Shown: positions 9,308 through 17,540 of the stretch, piece by piece
Layout: the number at the start of each line of letters is the position of its first letter
How positions within the stretch are numbered: position 1 is the first letter of the stretch
Notes under the pieces: model-generated
Told to the model about the DNA's origin: nothing
The model's database searches: none
The model's input: only the letters and a program-made list of their open reading frames with translations
Source: Bdellovibrionota bacterium FG-1
Lineage (GTDB): Bacteria; Bdellovibrionota; UBA1018
Assembly (NCBI GenBank): GCA_051382295.1
Contig: JBBCAW010000123.1
Coordinates: 1 to 30,706 of the forward strand
Reading direction: 5' to 3'
DNA: 30,706 nucleotides
Made by a program: the position numbers and the translations under genes

Positions 9308-11133
9308 GTATTCCTCAGATGATACCGCACGCTCGTGACCACTTTGCCTCGCCTAAACATCAACGCGGCCCGTATCAACAGCGCCGTCTGATTATGCAAG
9401 AGCTGGAAGCGCCATTTAGACGTCACAAACTCCGGAATAATGATCGTAATCATATCCCGATGAGTCGTCTGTTCAACGTCATCGACATACTCCAAAAGAG
9501 GTCTAATGACCGAACGATAAGGTGATTTCAGCACCACAAAGGGAATCTCATGCGCCCAGCGATTCCATTCAGATTTCATCCGCTCAGTCGTATCTGAGTC
9601 GATCTCGACATAACAGGCGCGCACATCGTCCGAAATCGACATCGCATATCTCAGGGCATCCAATACCCCACGATGCAAACCCGAAACGGGGACAATGACC
9701 GTGTGTTTAATCGGTCGCAGTTCCCCGGGAGGAGTCTGTCCAATCAGCGAAAGCTCCGAGCCTACTGCAAGGTAATGAGAATGAATGCGCGTAAAAAGCA
9801 AGACCATCATGGGGATTAACAGGACCACCATCCAAGCCCCATCCATAAACTTAGTCGAAGCAATGACAACCAATACCGTGAGCGTGGTTAGCGCTCCCAG
9901 CGCATTAAAGATCAGAGATCGAAACCAGCGCTTTTCACGTTCGCGAAGGTGATGAAGGATCATCCCCGATTGCGAAAGCGTAAAAGACAAAAACACCCCG
10001 ACCGCATAAAGCGGAATCAAAAGATGGGTGTCGCCCTTAAAAAAGATGATCAATAGAATGGCGGCGGCACTCAGCCCCAAGATGCCATTTGAAAACACAA
10101 GACGGTCGCCAACGCTGGCCAACTGACGGGGCAAATAACGATCTTTTGCCAAGAGAGAGGAAAGCCTCGGAAAGTCGGCATAACTTGTATTTGCCGCGAG
10201 GATCAAAATCAAAGCAGTTGACCCTTGAATAAGATAATAAAACCAACTATTCCCAAAAATAGCATGACTCAAAAGGGACACCGAGGTCTCCCCGGCTTTG
10301 GGAATTAAACCATAAACATGCGACAGCCCCGTCAAACCAAGAAATAACACCCCCAAAATCAAGGCCATCCAAAAAAGCGTGATTTTTGCATTCGTTTGAG
10401 CGGGTTGGCGAAAAACAGGAATCCCATTCGAAATGGCCTCAATTCCAGTAAGCGCTGAACACCCTGATGAAAAGGCATGCAAAATCAAAAAGAGAGGAAC
10501 GGCCGGGTAAACTTCATGTACCAATGGCGCCACGGGAATAACGGCCCCAGTCAGCACTTTCCCAATACCCACCAAAATCATCAAAGCAAAAGAAAAAACA
10601 AAAAGATATGTGGGTATAGCAAAAATAGTTGCCGATTCGCGCACTCCGCGAAGATTAAACAGCATCACTACTACAACTATGACCGTACCGAGAGCTTCTT
10701 TGTGTGGAATAAGCAAAGGGAAGGCTGCCGCAAGATTTTCGACACCAGCGGCGACGGACACTGCAACCGTTAAAACATAATCAATCAATAACGACCCAGC
10801 CGCGACCAACCCCGCATAGATCCCGATATTCTCTTTGGCAACAATGTAAGCACCACCCCCACTCGGATAGCAATCAATGGTCTGCCGATACGAAATAGTA
10901 ACGATAATCAAGAGGCCCGCAATGGCCAGTCCAATGGGAATCGACCAAACCACTGCAGCGCTACTAAAGGCCGCTAATGGAATCAAAATTTCTTCGGTTG
11001 CATAGGCAACAGACGAAAGGGCGTCTGAAGAGAGCACCGCCAAGGCCTTCCACTTGGGAATTCGCTCATGCATTGCCATTTGATTTGAGAGGGGCTCACC
11101 CACCAGGATTCTTTTAAGTCGGGCAAAAAACAT
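9304..11133 (-). CDS. APC-superfamily permease, KimA/YdaO-like K+ transporter
   Basis: LSSDALSSVAYATEE, YPSGGGAY, LTGIEAISNG, DFPRL, SPYRS and LLHNQ motifs typical of KimA/YdaO; start at MFFARLK. Confidence 0.8.
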   Translation of the reverse strand: MFFARLKRILVGEPLSNQMAMHERIPKWKALAVLSSDALSSVAYATEEILIPLAAFSSAAVVWSIPIGLAIAGLLIIVTISYRQTIDCYPSGGGAYIVAKENIGIYAGLVAAGSLLIDYVLTVAVSVAAGVENLAAAFPLLIPHKEALGTVIVVVVMLFNLRGVRESATIFAIPTYLFVFSFALMILVGIGKVLTGAVIPVAPLVHEVYPAVPLFLILHAFSSGCSALTGIEAISNGIPVFRQPAQTNAKITLFWMALILGVLFLGLTGLSHVYGLIPKAGETSVSLLSHAIFGNSWFYYLIQGSTALILILAANTSYADFPRLSSLLAKDRYLPRQLASVGDRLVFSNGILGLSAAAILLIIFFKGDTHLLIPLYAVGVFLSFTLSQSGMILHHLREREKRWFRSLIFNALGALTTLTVLVVIASTKFMDGAWMVVLLIPMMVLLFTRIHSHYLAVGSELSLIGQTPPGELRPIKHTVIVPVSGLHRGVLDALRYAMSISDDVRACYVEIDSDTTERMKSEWNRWAHEIPFVVLKSPYRSVIRPLLEYVDDVEQTTHRDMITIIIPEFVTSKWRFQLLHNQTALLIRAALMFRRGKVVTSVRYHLRNT

Positions 11134-11184
11134 AGGGGTTTTCCGGGAAAAAATAACACCAGGGCCGATATGACCCCGCATAAC

Positions 11185-11221
11185 GTTTGATCAGTGTCTA
11201 AACAATAGACACTAATCAAAC
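11185..11221. promoter_or_regulatory. 16-bp-arm inverted repeat, candidate enhancer (UAS) or operator
   Basis: GTTTGATCAGTGTCTA-aacaa-TAGACACTAATCAAAC (1 mismatch), about 80-115 bp upstream of a -24/-12 element. Confidence 0.5.
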
Positions 11222-11236
11222 CCATACTTCCAGATT

Positions 11237-11268
11237 TATCAATGACTTGCTGCCTGAAGTCATTGATA
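11237..11268. promoter_or_regulatory. Inverted pair of IHF-like sites
   Basis: TATCAATGACTTG matches the IHF consensus WATCAANNNNTTR; perfect 12-bp inverted copy AAGTCATTGATA 8 nt later. Confidence 0.55.
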
Positions 11269-11296
11269 TTTTTGTTTTGCCGCTGCAAATCAAAGT

Positions 11297-11313
11297 TTGG
11301 CAAGCGACTTGCT
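11297..11313 (+). promoter_or_regulatory. sigma54 (-24/-12) promoter
   Basis: TTGGCAAGCGACTTGCT: GG(11299-11300)-N10-GC(11311-11312). Confidence 0.7.
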
Positions 11314-11389
11314 AATTGCCGGAACCAATGATTGGACTATGATCTCAATCTATTTTTATGGATTTTTATTGTTAAGGAGAAAATGAACT

Positions 11390-12241
11390 ATGAAAACAGC
11401 GAGCGCCGTTTTCGGCACACTGGCGATAGCCAGTACTTTGTTTGCAAATTTCGCCATGGCCGATACTTCGACGACCTCCGTATCCGCTACGGCGCCTCGG
11501 CTTGTCGATAAAATCACCGCTTCTTATTGGGGATCTTATTGCGGTCCATCCATCGTCAGTCCTACCGCCAGGACTAACGACTCGGGCAATAACGGCGAAC
11601 TCACTGATATTCAGAGTTTGGATAGCACCTTGACCTTGGGCTATAAGCTGGCCCCAAACGTCACCGTCGCTGGCAATTACCGCTTCATTTTTAGACCCAT
11701 GCTCTCCGATGATGTTCCGTCGGTAAAAGACCATTACAGCTTAAAAGATCCTTGGCTTTCGCTAAAACATTCGAAATTGCTTAATGGTTATGGCTTTAAC
11801 CTCAGTACGGATCTTCGTCTTTACATCCCGGTTTCCGCAGGCACGATGGGTAAAATGAATACGGGCATTCGCAGCACTCAAATCGCCACTTACGATATCC
11901 CAAGCACCCGCCTCACCCTGGGAACCTACACCATTGCACGGTATAATTCGCTTCATGGTGAATCCGCAGACCTGGGAATCGCGGATCTCAACTTGAGTTT
12001 TTCGCCCTTCGCGAATTACCAGATCACCAATACCGTGGCTGCGACATTCTGGTCCGATATTCTTCAATATGATGTCACCTTTGGACAGACTTTGGCAAAC
12101 AATCCCATGGACGTAGCCTTAGGAGTTAACTGGGATATCAGCCCAAACATCAGCGTTAACCCCCAGTTCACCTTCTTCCCTAACCATGCCACGCTCGACG
12201 CTACAACAATCGGCGCCATTATCAGCGCTAAATTCTTGTAA
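11390..12241 (+). CDS. Secreted, probable outer-membrane beta-barrel protein
   Basis: Signal peptide (…ANFAMA|DT), alternating amphipathic strands with aromatic ends, C-terminal ISAKFL; AAGGAG SD; own terminator. Confidence 0.7.
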   Translation: MKTASAVFGTLAIASTLFANFAMADTSTTSVSATAPRLVDKITASYWGSYCGPSIVSPTARTNDSGNNGELTDIQSLDSTLTLGYKLAPNVTVAGNYRFIFRPMLSDDVPSVKDHYSLKDPWLSLKHSKLLNGYGFNLSTDLRLYIPVSAGTMGKMNTGIRSTQIATYDIPSTRLTLGTYTIARYNSLHGESADLGIADLNLSFSPFANYQITNTVAATFWSDILQYDVTFGQTLANNPMDVALGVNWDISPNISVNPQFTFFPNHATLDATTIGAIISAKFL

Positions 12242-12264
12242 TAACTAGATTTTTACAGAAAACC

Positions 12265-12304
12265 AAAACCCCGAGCCGCCTGGATCAGGTGACTCGGGGT
12301 TTTT
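12265..12304 (+). terminator. Rho-independent (possibly bidirectional) terminator
   Basis: AAAACCCCGAG...CTCGGGGTTTTT GC-rich hairpin flanked by A and T runs. Confidence 0.85.
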
Positions 12305-12344
12305 CATTTGACGCTCTTAGGATTCTGATGGAAGTTGGGACACA

Positions 12345-12848
12345 ATGAAAACCATTACCGAATTTGCAGCCCCTTATTTAAAAAACGCAGCCCAGGTGAA
12401 AGCCGACCTCACAGCCGCAGGCAAGACCGCAGAGGAGCTTCCAGCTGCTATAGGTGAAATGCTTAAGCTCGAAGGTGACAAACTCACCTACCTGCTCAAT
12501 GCCCTCGATTTCATGGGTAATCGCACCAATGATCTCAAAAGAATCCTTGTCTCGGCTTTAAACGAAGGGGAAACCGCTCCCTCAGGGGCCAAGCAAATAG
12601 GTGAGCGAGTTTACGCCATCGAGTTTTATGCTGGCCTTCAAAAACCTCAAGCTCCTCAGCATGAGCGCGACGGCGACCGAAAAGGCCGAAAAGGTGGGCG
12701 ACACGGCGACAAAAGAGGTGCCAAGCCAGGGGAGCGAGGAGGTCGCAAGGGCCCCGGAGCCCCGGGAAGTCAACGGACTGAAGGATTACCCGGCCAAGCC
12801 CCTAAAATTACCCCTAAAGCTCCCATGACCCCTAAGCCGCAAACTTAA
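12345..12848 (+). CDS. Hypothetical protein with a basic Gly/Arg/Lys-rich disordered C-terminus
   Basis: 167-aa ORF filling the gap; globular N-part, then DRKGRKGGRHGDKRGAKPGERGGRKG. Confidence 0.75.
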   Translation: MKTITEFAAPYLKNAAQVKADLTAAGKTAEELPAAIGEMLKLEGDKLTYLLNALDFMGNRTNDLKRILVSALNEGETAPSGAKQIGERVYAIEFYAGLQKPQAPQHERDGDRKGRKGGRHGDKRGAKPGERGGRKGPGAPGSQRTEGLPGQAPKITPKAPMTPKPQT

Positions 12849-12853
12849 GTGCC

Positions 12854-13414
12854 ATGCGGAGGAGGATTATAGCTTCAGCGGTGGTTTTGGTGTTCGCCAT
12901 GACCATAGCCCTGGCAAAGCCTACCGCCAGCGCATCCGGGAACTGTGGTAAAGGCTGGGTTTACTTCGATCTGGGCGACACGCTCATCGACACCCACGAC
13001 TGGGATCACCTCAAGTACCTGCAAGGTGCGCATGATTATCTTAATTCTCTTAAGTCTGCGGGCTTTCACCTGGGACTGATCGTCAACATCCCTGAAAAAT
13101 GGGGTGACACCGAATCCAAAAAAATTGCCAAACTCAAAGACGAAGTAGCCAAAACATGGTCAGAAGGCAAAGGTTTTCATTGGGACTATTTTGAACGCTT
13201 ATTGGTGCCCCCCACCGACCGAGACCGCAAGCCAAGTTCCTTTCTTTTTGAGCAAGCGCGCCGCCTCGGCGGCTCTTGCAAGATCGCCTACCAAGGCGAG
13301 GACGTCCGCGAAGTCCGCGTTGCGGAGGATGCTGGATTCCATCAAGTGTATGTCGTAGGCCGACAAAATAGCCCTTTTTTCTTACCGATTAATTCGATTT
13401 TCCGTAATCCTTAA
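12854..13414 (+). CDS. Exported HAD-like hydrolase
   Basis: Signal peptide; motif I VYFDLGDTL, IVN, KP, GED. Confidence 0.65.
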   Translation: MRRRIIASAVVLVFAMTIALAKPTASASGNCGKGWVYFDLGDTLIDTHDWDHLKYLQGAHDYLNSLKSAGFHLGLIVNIPEKWGDTESKKIAKLKDEVAKTWSEGKGFHWDYFERLLVPPTDRDRKPSSFLFEQARRLGGSCKIAYQGEDVREVRVAEDAGFHQVYVVGRQNSPFFLPINSIFRNP

Positions 13415-14903
13415 CGAACTCCACAACCCCTTGCTGGATCGCCTGGGTCACTTGAACTAATCGGTCCGAGTACGGGTAACTTTGTCCGCCAATCTGAAAG
13501 GGATGGTGAGCATCGGAAAATAACTCAAACTCTTTTGGGTCATTGTAAAAAAGACATTCGACATAGGTTAACGCTCGATCACTCACCCGGCGCGAAACAG
13601 CCAAATTGCGCGCAAAAATCCCCGGCTCTACCTGCAACGAACTCCCTCCGCCCGAAGTATCAAAACCAACGCCCAAATCCCTGGCAAGATGCTGAACCAC
13701 CGATCGCCCAAGATCCAGAGAGGCCTTGCTGGTCGTCGCATCAAAAAGATGCCGCGCCATGTACATCCGCGCCTCACGCGAACTGAATTCGACTGGATCA
13801 TAACTTCCCACCACATAAACTTTAGATCCATCTCGATGGTATAAACCTACACCGTTGGGATTGCCGGGCGGATCATTTGTGTCAAAATGAATAACCAAGG
13901 CGATATCGGCGTTAAAATTCATAATTACCCGAGCGCGAGCAATTAAATCCTCCCGAAGAATAAAGTATTTGGAACGGTTGATTTCCGTATCCACAAACAG
14001 TGCTCGAAAACGAGGACTGGAAGAGAAAGCTGAAAACAAGGCCTGGGTGTTGGCGGAGCCCGCGACTAAAAGCGACTGAAACCAATTGGCCAAAGTGTTT
14101 TCGCGCATTTCAGCCAAACCAAAAGTATGAAGATCAATCCCTTCGAAAGTCTCAGAGGTCACGGGACCTAGGTCGCGCCGGGTGACCAGCACCTCGGCAC
14201 CTAATGCTTTGAAACGCTCTTCAAGAAGAACCGAGACTTGAAGGGCCATCACCCCTTCACTGAGTTTACGACCTCGCGCGTCCCTGACAAATTTTCCGGT
14301 ACGTGAGTCCCAAATTTCTCCCCCCATATGCCCCGGATCGAGCGCAATCCTAAGCCCTTTCAAAGGTTGATCCGAAGGATTGAACCGCGCACTCAAAAGG
14401 CGATTGTGAAAAAAATCCGGATCAGACGGCACAGAAACACTTCCAACGCTCAATGGAATCGAAAAATCCCTCACCTGAAATGAATCGCGATCCTGGTAGG
14501 CCGAAATCGGTTCATCTGAAACGCCAAAATAGGGCTTCACAAAATGCTTAAGCATCCCCTGAGGATCGATTGAGGGAAGAAGATCTTTAATCCCAGCTTG
14601 AGTTTGCCTGCCGGAAAGCGCATTCAGCCAGGACTGGGAATCAGGTTCCGAGGACACCCCGAAATGATCCAATACGGATTGGGTGCGGCCAAAAGCATCA
14701 CTCGCCGCAAGGGGAATGGTAACGGGTGAAAACTGCCACTGCGAATCGGCTGCGTCAAAAAAAGAGGTTAATTCGATTTTATCGGTAAAAAGTGAAACCT
14801 CCGGGGCATCCCCGGGAATCGAGTCAACCGAAGCCAAAGCAAAGGGAGTAGCAGGTCCCCAGAAAAAGCTCAACAATACCGATAGAATTATTTGCCGAAG
14901 CAT
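13389..14903 (-). CDS. N-acetylmuramoyl-L-alanine amidase (Amidase_3) with N-terminal extension
   Basis: Signal peptide; IALDPGHMGG, LSE, VIHFD, RNLAV, YVECLF zinc/catalytic motifs. Confidence 0.85.
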   Translation of the reverse strand: MLRQIILSVLLSFFWGPATPFALASVDSIPGDAPEVSLFTDKIELTSFFDAADSQWQFSPVTIPLAASDAFGRTQSVLDHFGVSSEPDSQSWLNALSGRQTQAGIKDLLPSIDPQGMLKHFVKPYFGVSDEPISAYQDRDSFQVRDFSIPLSVGSVSVPSDPDFFHNRLLSARFNPSDQPLKGLRIALDPGHMGGEIWDSRTGKFVRDARGRKLSEGVMALQVSVLLEERFKALGAEVLVTRRDLGPVTSETFEGIDLHTFGLAEMRENTLANWFQSLLVAGSANTQALFSAFSSSPRFRALFVDTEINRSKYFILREDLIARARVIMNFNADIALVIHFDTNDPPGNPNGVGLYHRDGSKVYVVGSYDPVEFSSREARMYMARHLFDATTSKASLDLGRSVVQHLARDLGVGFDTSGGGSSLQVEPGIFARNLAVSRRVSDRALTYVECLFYNDPKEFELFSDAHHPFQIGGQSYPYSDRLVQVTQAIQQGVVEFVKDYGKSN

Positions 14904-15006
14904 GGACTGTGTCTAACTTTGAACATGACACTAGTCAAGCAACGTCACCGTGCCCCTATCGAGAATTTCCTGTCTTACGCCTAGTCCCTGGGCTATCGTC
15001 GTTAAA

Positions 15007-15381
15007 ATGGGAAATATCTGGGTTGGTTTTGGCGCGACTTTTGGTTTTTTGGGTGTAGCACTCGGTGCTTTCGGAGCCCATGGTCTTTCGGATCGGCTCA
15101 GTGAAAGGGCCCTTCAGATCTATCATACCGGCGCGCAATACCAGATGTACCACGCCCTAGCGCTGCTGATGCTCGGTGTTTGGAGCAAAGTGCAGTCCGT
15201 TGAAAATACCCCGATCCAATTTGCCGGATGGAGTTTTATCATCGGAATTATGATTTTTTCGGGAAGTCTTTATGCTCTTGCCCTAACAGATATAAAAATT
15301 TTGGGCGCGGTCACGCCAATTGGCGGCGTCTTGTTCCTCATCGGTTGGATTTCGTTCGCAATTTCAGTTTGGAAGGCATAA
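15007..15381 (+). CDS. DUF423 (YgdD/TMEM256) membrane protein
   Basis: GAFGAHGL, YQMYHAL, FSGSLY, GAVTPIGG. Confidence 0.9.
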   Translation: MGNIWVGFGATFGFLGVALGAFGAHGLSDRLSERALQIYHTGAQYQMYHALALLMLGVWSKVQSVENTPIQFAGWSFIIGIMIFSGSLYALALTDIKILGAVTPIGGVLFLIGWISFAISVWKA

Positions 15382-15385
15382 AAAT

Positions 15386-15832
15386 CTATTTTGCGCCCCC
15401 CGTGCTTGCGGAGACCACATTAAAGGTTCCGGTAATCATCGCAACGGGTTTTTCGTCGTCGTTTCTAAAAAGCATCCCATGTGCGACGCAAAGCTTCTTA
15501 CCACGAAACACAACTTGTGTTCGCGCTACCAGCTTGTCTCCCAGAGAAATAGGATAAAAGTAGTTCACCTTCAACTCCACCGTCGAGCAAAAATCATTCG
15601 GACCCAAGGTTGAAAAAACCGCCGCTCCGCACGCAAAATCAAAGAATGCCGCGATTACGCCACCATGAACTCTGCCGGCGGAAGAGAGATGATCATCACG
15701 AATTTCTAGCGCCACTTCGGCCTCGTTTTTCTCCCGATCAATCTGAACAACGCGATATCCCAGCCACAGACCAAACTTGTCCGGGTGCTGATAATTTTTG
15801 AGGGATGCAATCGTTTCAGATGTTTTTGACAT
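15386..15832 (-). CDS. PaaI-family hotdog thioesterase
   Basis: VHGGVIAAFFDFACG, TVELKVNYFYP. Confidence 0.9.
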   Translation of the reverse strand: MSKTSETIASLKNYQHPDKFGLWLGYRVVQIDREKNEAEVALEIRDDHLSSAGRVHGGVIAAFFDFACGAAVFSTLGPNDFCSTVELKVNYFYPISLGDKLVARTQVVFRGKKLCVAHGMLFRNDDEKPVAMITGTFNVVSASTGGAK

Positions 15833-15855
15833 GCTCTACCTTATCACAAAATCAC

Positions 15856-17067
15856 CTAGGCGGAAACCGCCGCTCGGGACTGCCAATGATCATAACGCAG
15901 AAGCAGTAAGAAAGCGGGAATGGACACCACTGTGCAGATCAAAAAATACCCTTCCCAGCCCAAACTTTTAGCAATGAACCCCGTGGGCGCTCCCAAGACA
16001 GTACGAGTGACAGCCATCAGACTACTCAACAACGCATACTGAGTCGCGCTGAACCGTTTATCGCACATGCTTAATAAAAATGCGGCGTAGGCTGAATTTC
16101 CCATGCCGCTGCAAACATTTTCAACCGCGATCGCGGTCACCATCATAGGATAATGGTGCCCCAAATGGGCTAGCCCGAAAAACGACAAACCAGAAAACGC
16201 CTGCACCAAACCAAAAACCCAAAGCGAGCGTTTAAGCCCCAGACGAACCATCAGGACGCCACCCAACGCTGTGCCGATTAGCGTCGCCGCCAAACCGAAA
16301 CCCTTGGTCACCGCGCCGATATCCGTCTTTGAAAAACCTATTTCCATCATAAATGGAGTGGTCAAAGCGAGCGTCATCACCGCATCCAACTTATAAAGAA
16401 TAGTAAACAAAACGACCTGGAGGGCTCCGCGACGCCCAAAAAACTCCAAAAAAGGAAGGACCACTGCATCACGCAAAGACCGTGGAGTATGATAAGGCGA
16501 CTCAGGCTCAGGAGCCACCAGCGAAGTCAGAATCCCCACCAGCATGCCCGTTGCCATTAAAAGATAAACAACCCACCAGGCTAAGTGATCAGCCAAGATC
16601 AAAGCCAGAGCCCCCGAAACCAACATGGCAATGCGATAACCCAAAATATGGACGGAAGAACCCGGACCAATTTCATCAGAGGTTAGAATATCACTACGAT
16701 AGGCATCGACGACAATATCTTGACTGGCGCTAAAGAACGCAGTCAACATCGCAAGCAATGCGGTCAAAAAAGGATGATCGCGAGGTTGAGAAAAAGCCAA
16801 AGCAGCTATGGCCACAACTAAAGCCAATTGGCTGACCAGCAGCCAGCCTCTCCTGCGGCCCAGAAACGGGGGCACAAACCGATCGATCAAAGGCGCCCAT
16901 AGAAATTTAAGCGCATAGGGCATCCCCACCAGCGAAAACAAACCAATGACGGTGAGATCAACGTTATCGGTTTTCATCCATGCTTGGAGCGTCGACCCGC
17001 TCAGTCCGAGGGGCAGGCCCGACGAAAATCCCAAAAGCAAAACCACACCTAGCCGTCGGTAACGCAT
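15856..17067 (-). CDS. ampG: AmpG muropeptide MFS transporter
   Basis: LGFSSGLP, KFLWAPLID, GRRRGW, SASQDIVVDAYR, ATQYALLSSL; ATG overlaps upstream TGA (TGATG). Confidence 0.93.
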   Translation of the reverse strand: MRYRRLGVVLLLGFSSGLPLGLSGSTLQAWMKTDNVDLTVIGLFSLVGMPYALKFLWAPLIDRFVPPFLGRRRGWLLVSQLALVVAIAALAFSQPRDHPFLTALLAMLTAFFSASQDIVVDAYRSDILTSDEIGPGSSVHILGYRIAMLVSGALALILADHLAWWVVYLLMATGMLVGILTSLVAPEPESPYHTPRSLRDAVVLPFLEFFGRRGALQVVLFTILYKLDAVMTLALTTPFMMEIGFSKTDIGAVTKGFGLAATLIGTALGGVLMVRLGLKRSLWVFGLVQAFSGLSFFGLAHLGHHYPMMVTAIAVENVCSGMGNSAYAAFLLSMCDKRFSATQYALLSSLMAVTRTVLGAPTGFIAKSLGWEGYFLICTVVSIPAFLLLLRYDHWQSRAAVSA

Positions 17068-17516
17068 CAATGTTGAGTGGGCGCGGAGGGATTTCCTTGG
17101 GGCACCGGGTTAGCCTGGGCAACCTGAATAGCCTCAAAGTCGAGAATCGCTTCGCCTATTTTTTGATTATTTTGGTCAACCCACGACAAGACAAACCGAT
17201 GTTGCCCGAACTGAACCACTGGAAAACCGCCATAGCGAAACACAGCCTTCATGCGCTTCTGTTCGACCGGAATTCGCATTTCCCCATTTCCGACCACCTG
17301 CTGCTTGCCGTCTGGCGTTAATAAGTGGATCATCATCTTACCATTGAACGCACGCGGTTCGGTCTTTTCGAGAGAAATGGAAAGAACCAACGATTGAACC
17401 TGAATGGGAAGCTGGGGGGTCCTAATTTCTTCGAGAATATCAAAAACTGACAAGTTTCCGGTCTGTTGGTCGACCGATGCACCTAGCGATAGACTCGCAA
17501 ATTGAAGTTTCAGCAT
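17067..17516 (-). CDS. Hypothetical beta-rich protein (DUF6941-like)
   Basis: DQQTGNLSVFDILE N-terminal pattern and G-x-H/Y-x-F strand; translationally coupled to ampG. Confidence 0.6.
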   Translation of the reverse strand: MLKLQFASLSLGASVDQQTGNLSVFDILEEIRTPQLPIQVQSLVLSISLEKTEPRAFNGKMMIHLLTPDGKQQVVGNGEMRIPVEQKRMKAVFRYGGFPVVQFGQHRFVLSWVDQNNQKIGEAILDFEAIQVAQANPVPQGNPSAPTQH

Positions 17517-17540
17517 GAAATGATTATAAGGGGTTCAGCC

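Noticed and set aside
11145..11171. sigma28 promoter at GCCGATAT
   Set aside because: No TAAA/TCAA 15 nt upstream
11134..11300. c-di-AMP (ydaO) riboswitch upstream of the KimA-like gene
   Set aside because: No recognisable ydaO motif; repeats are better explained as DNA sites
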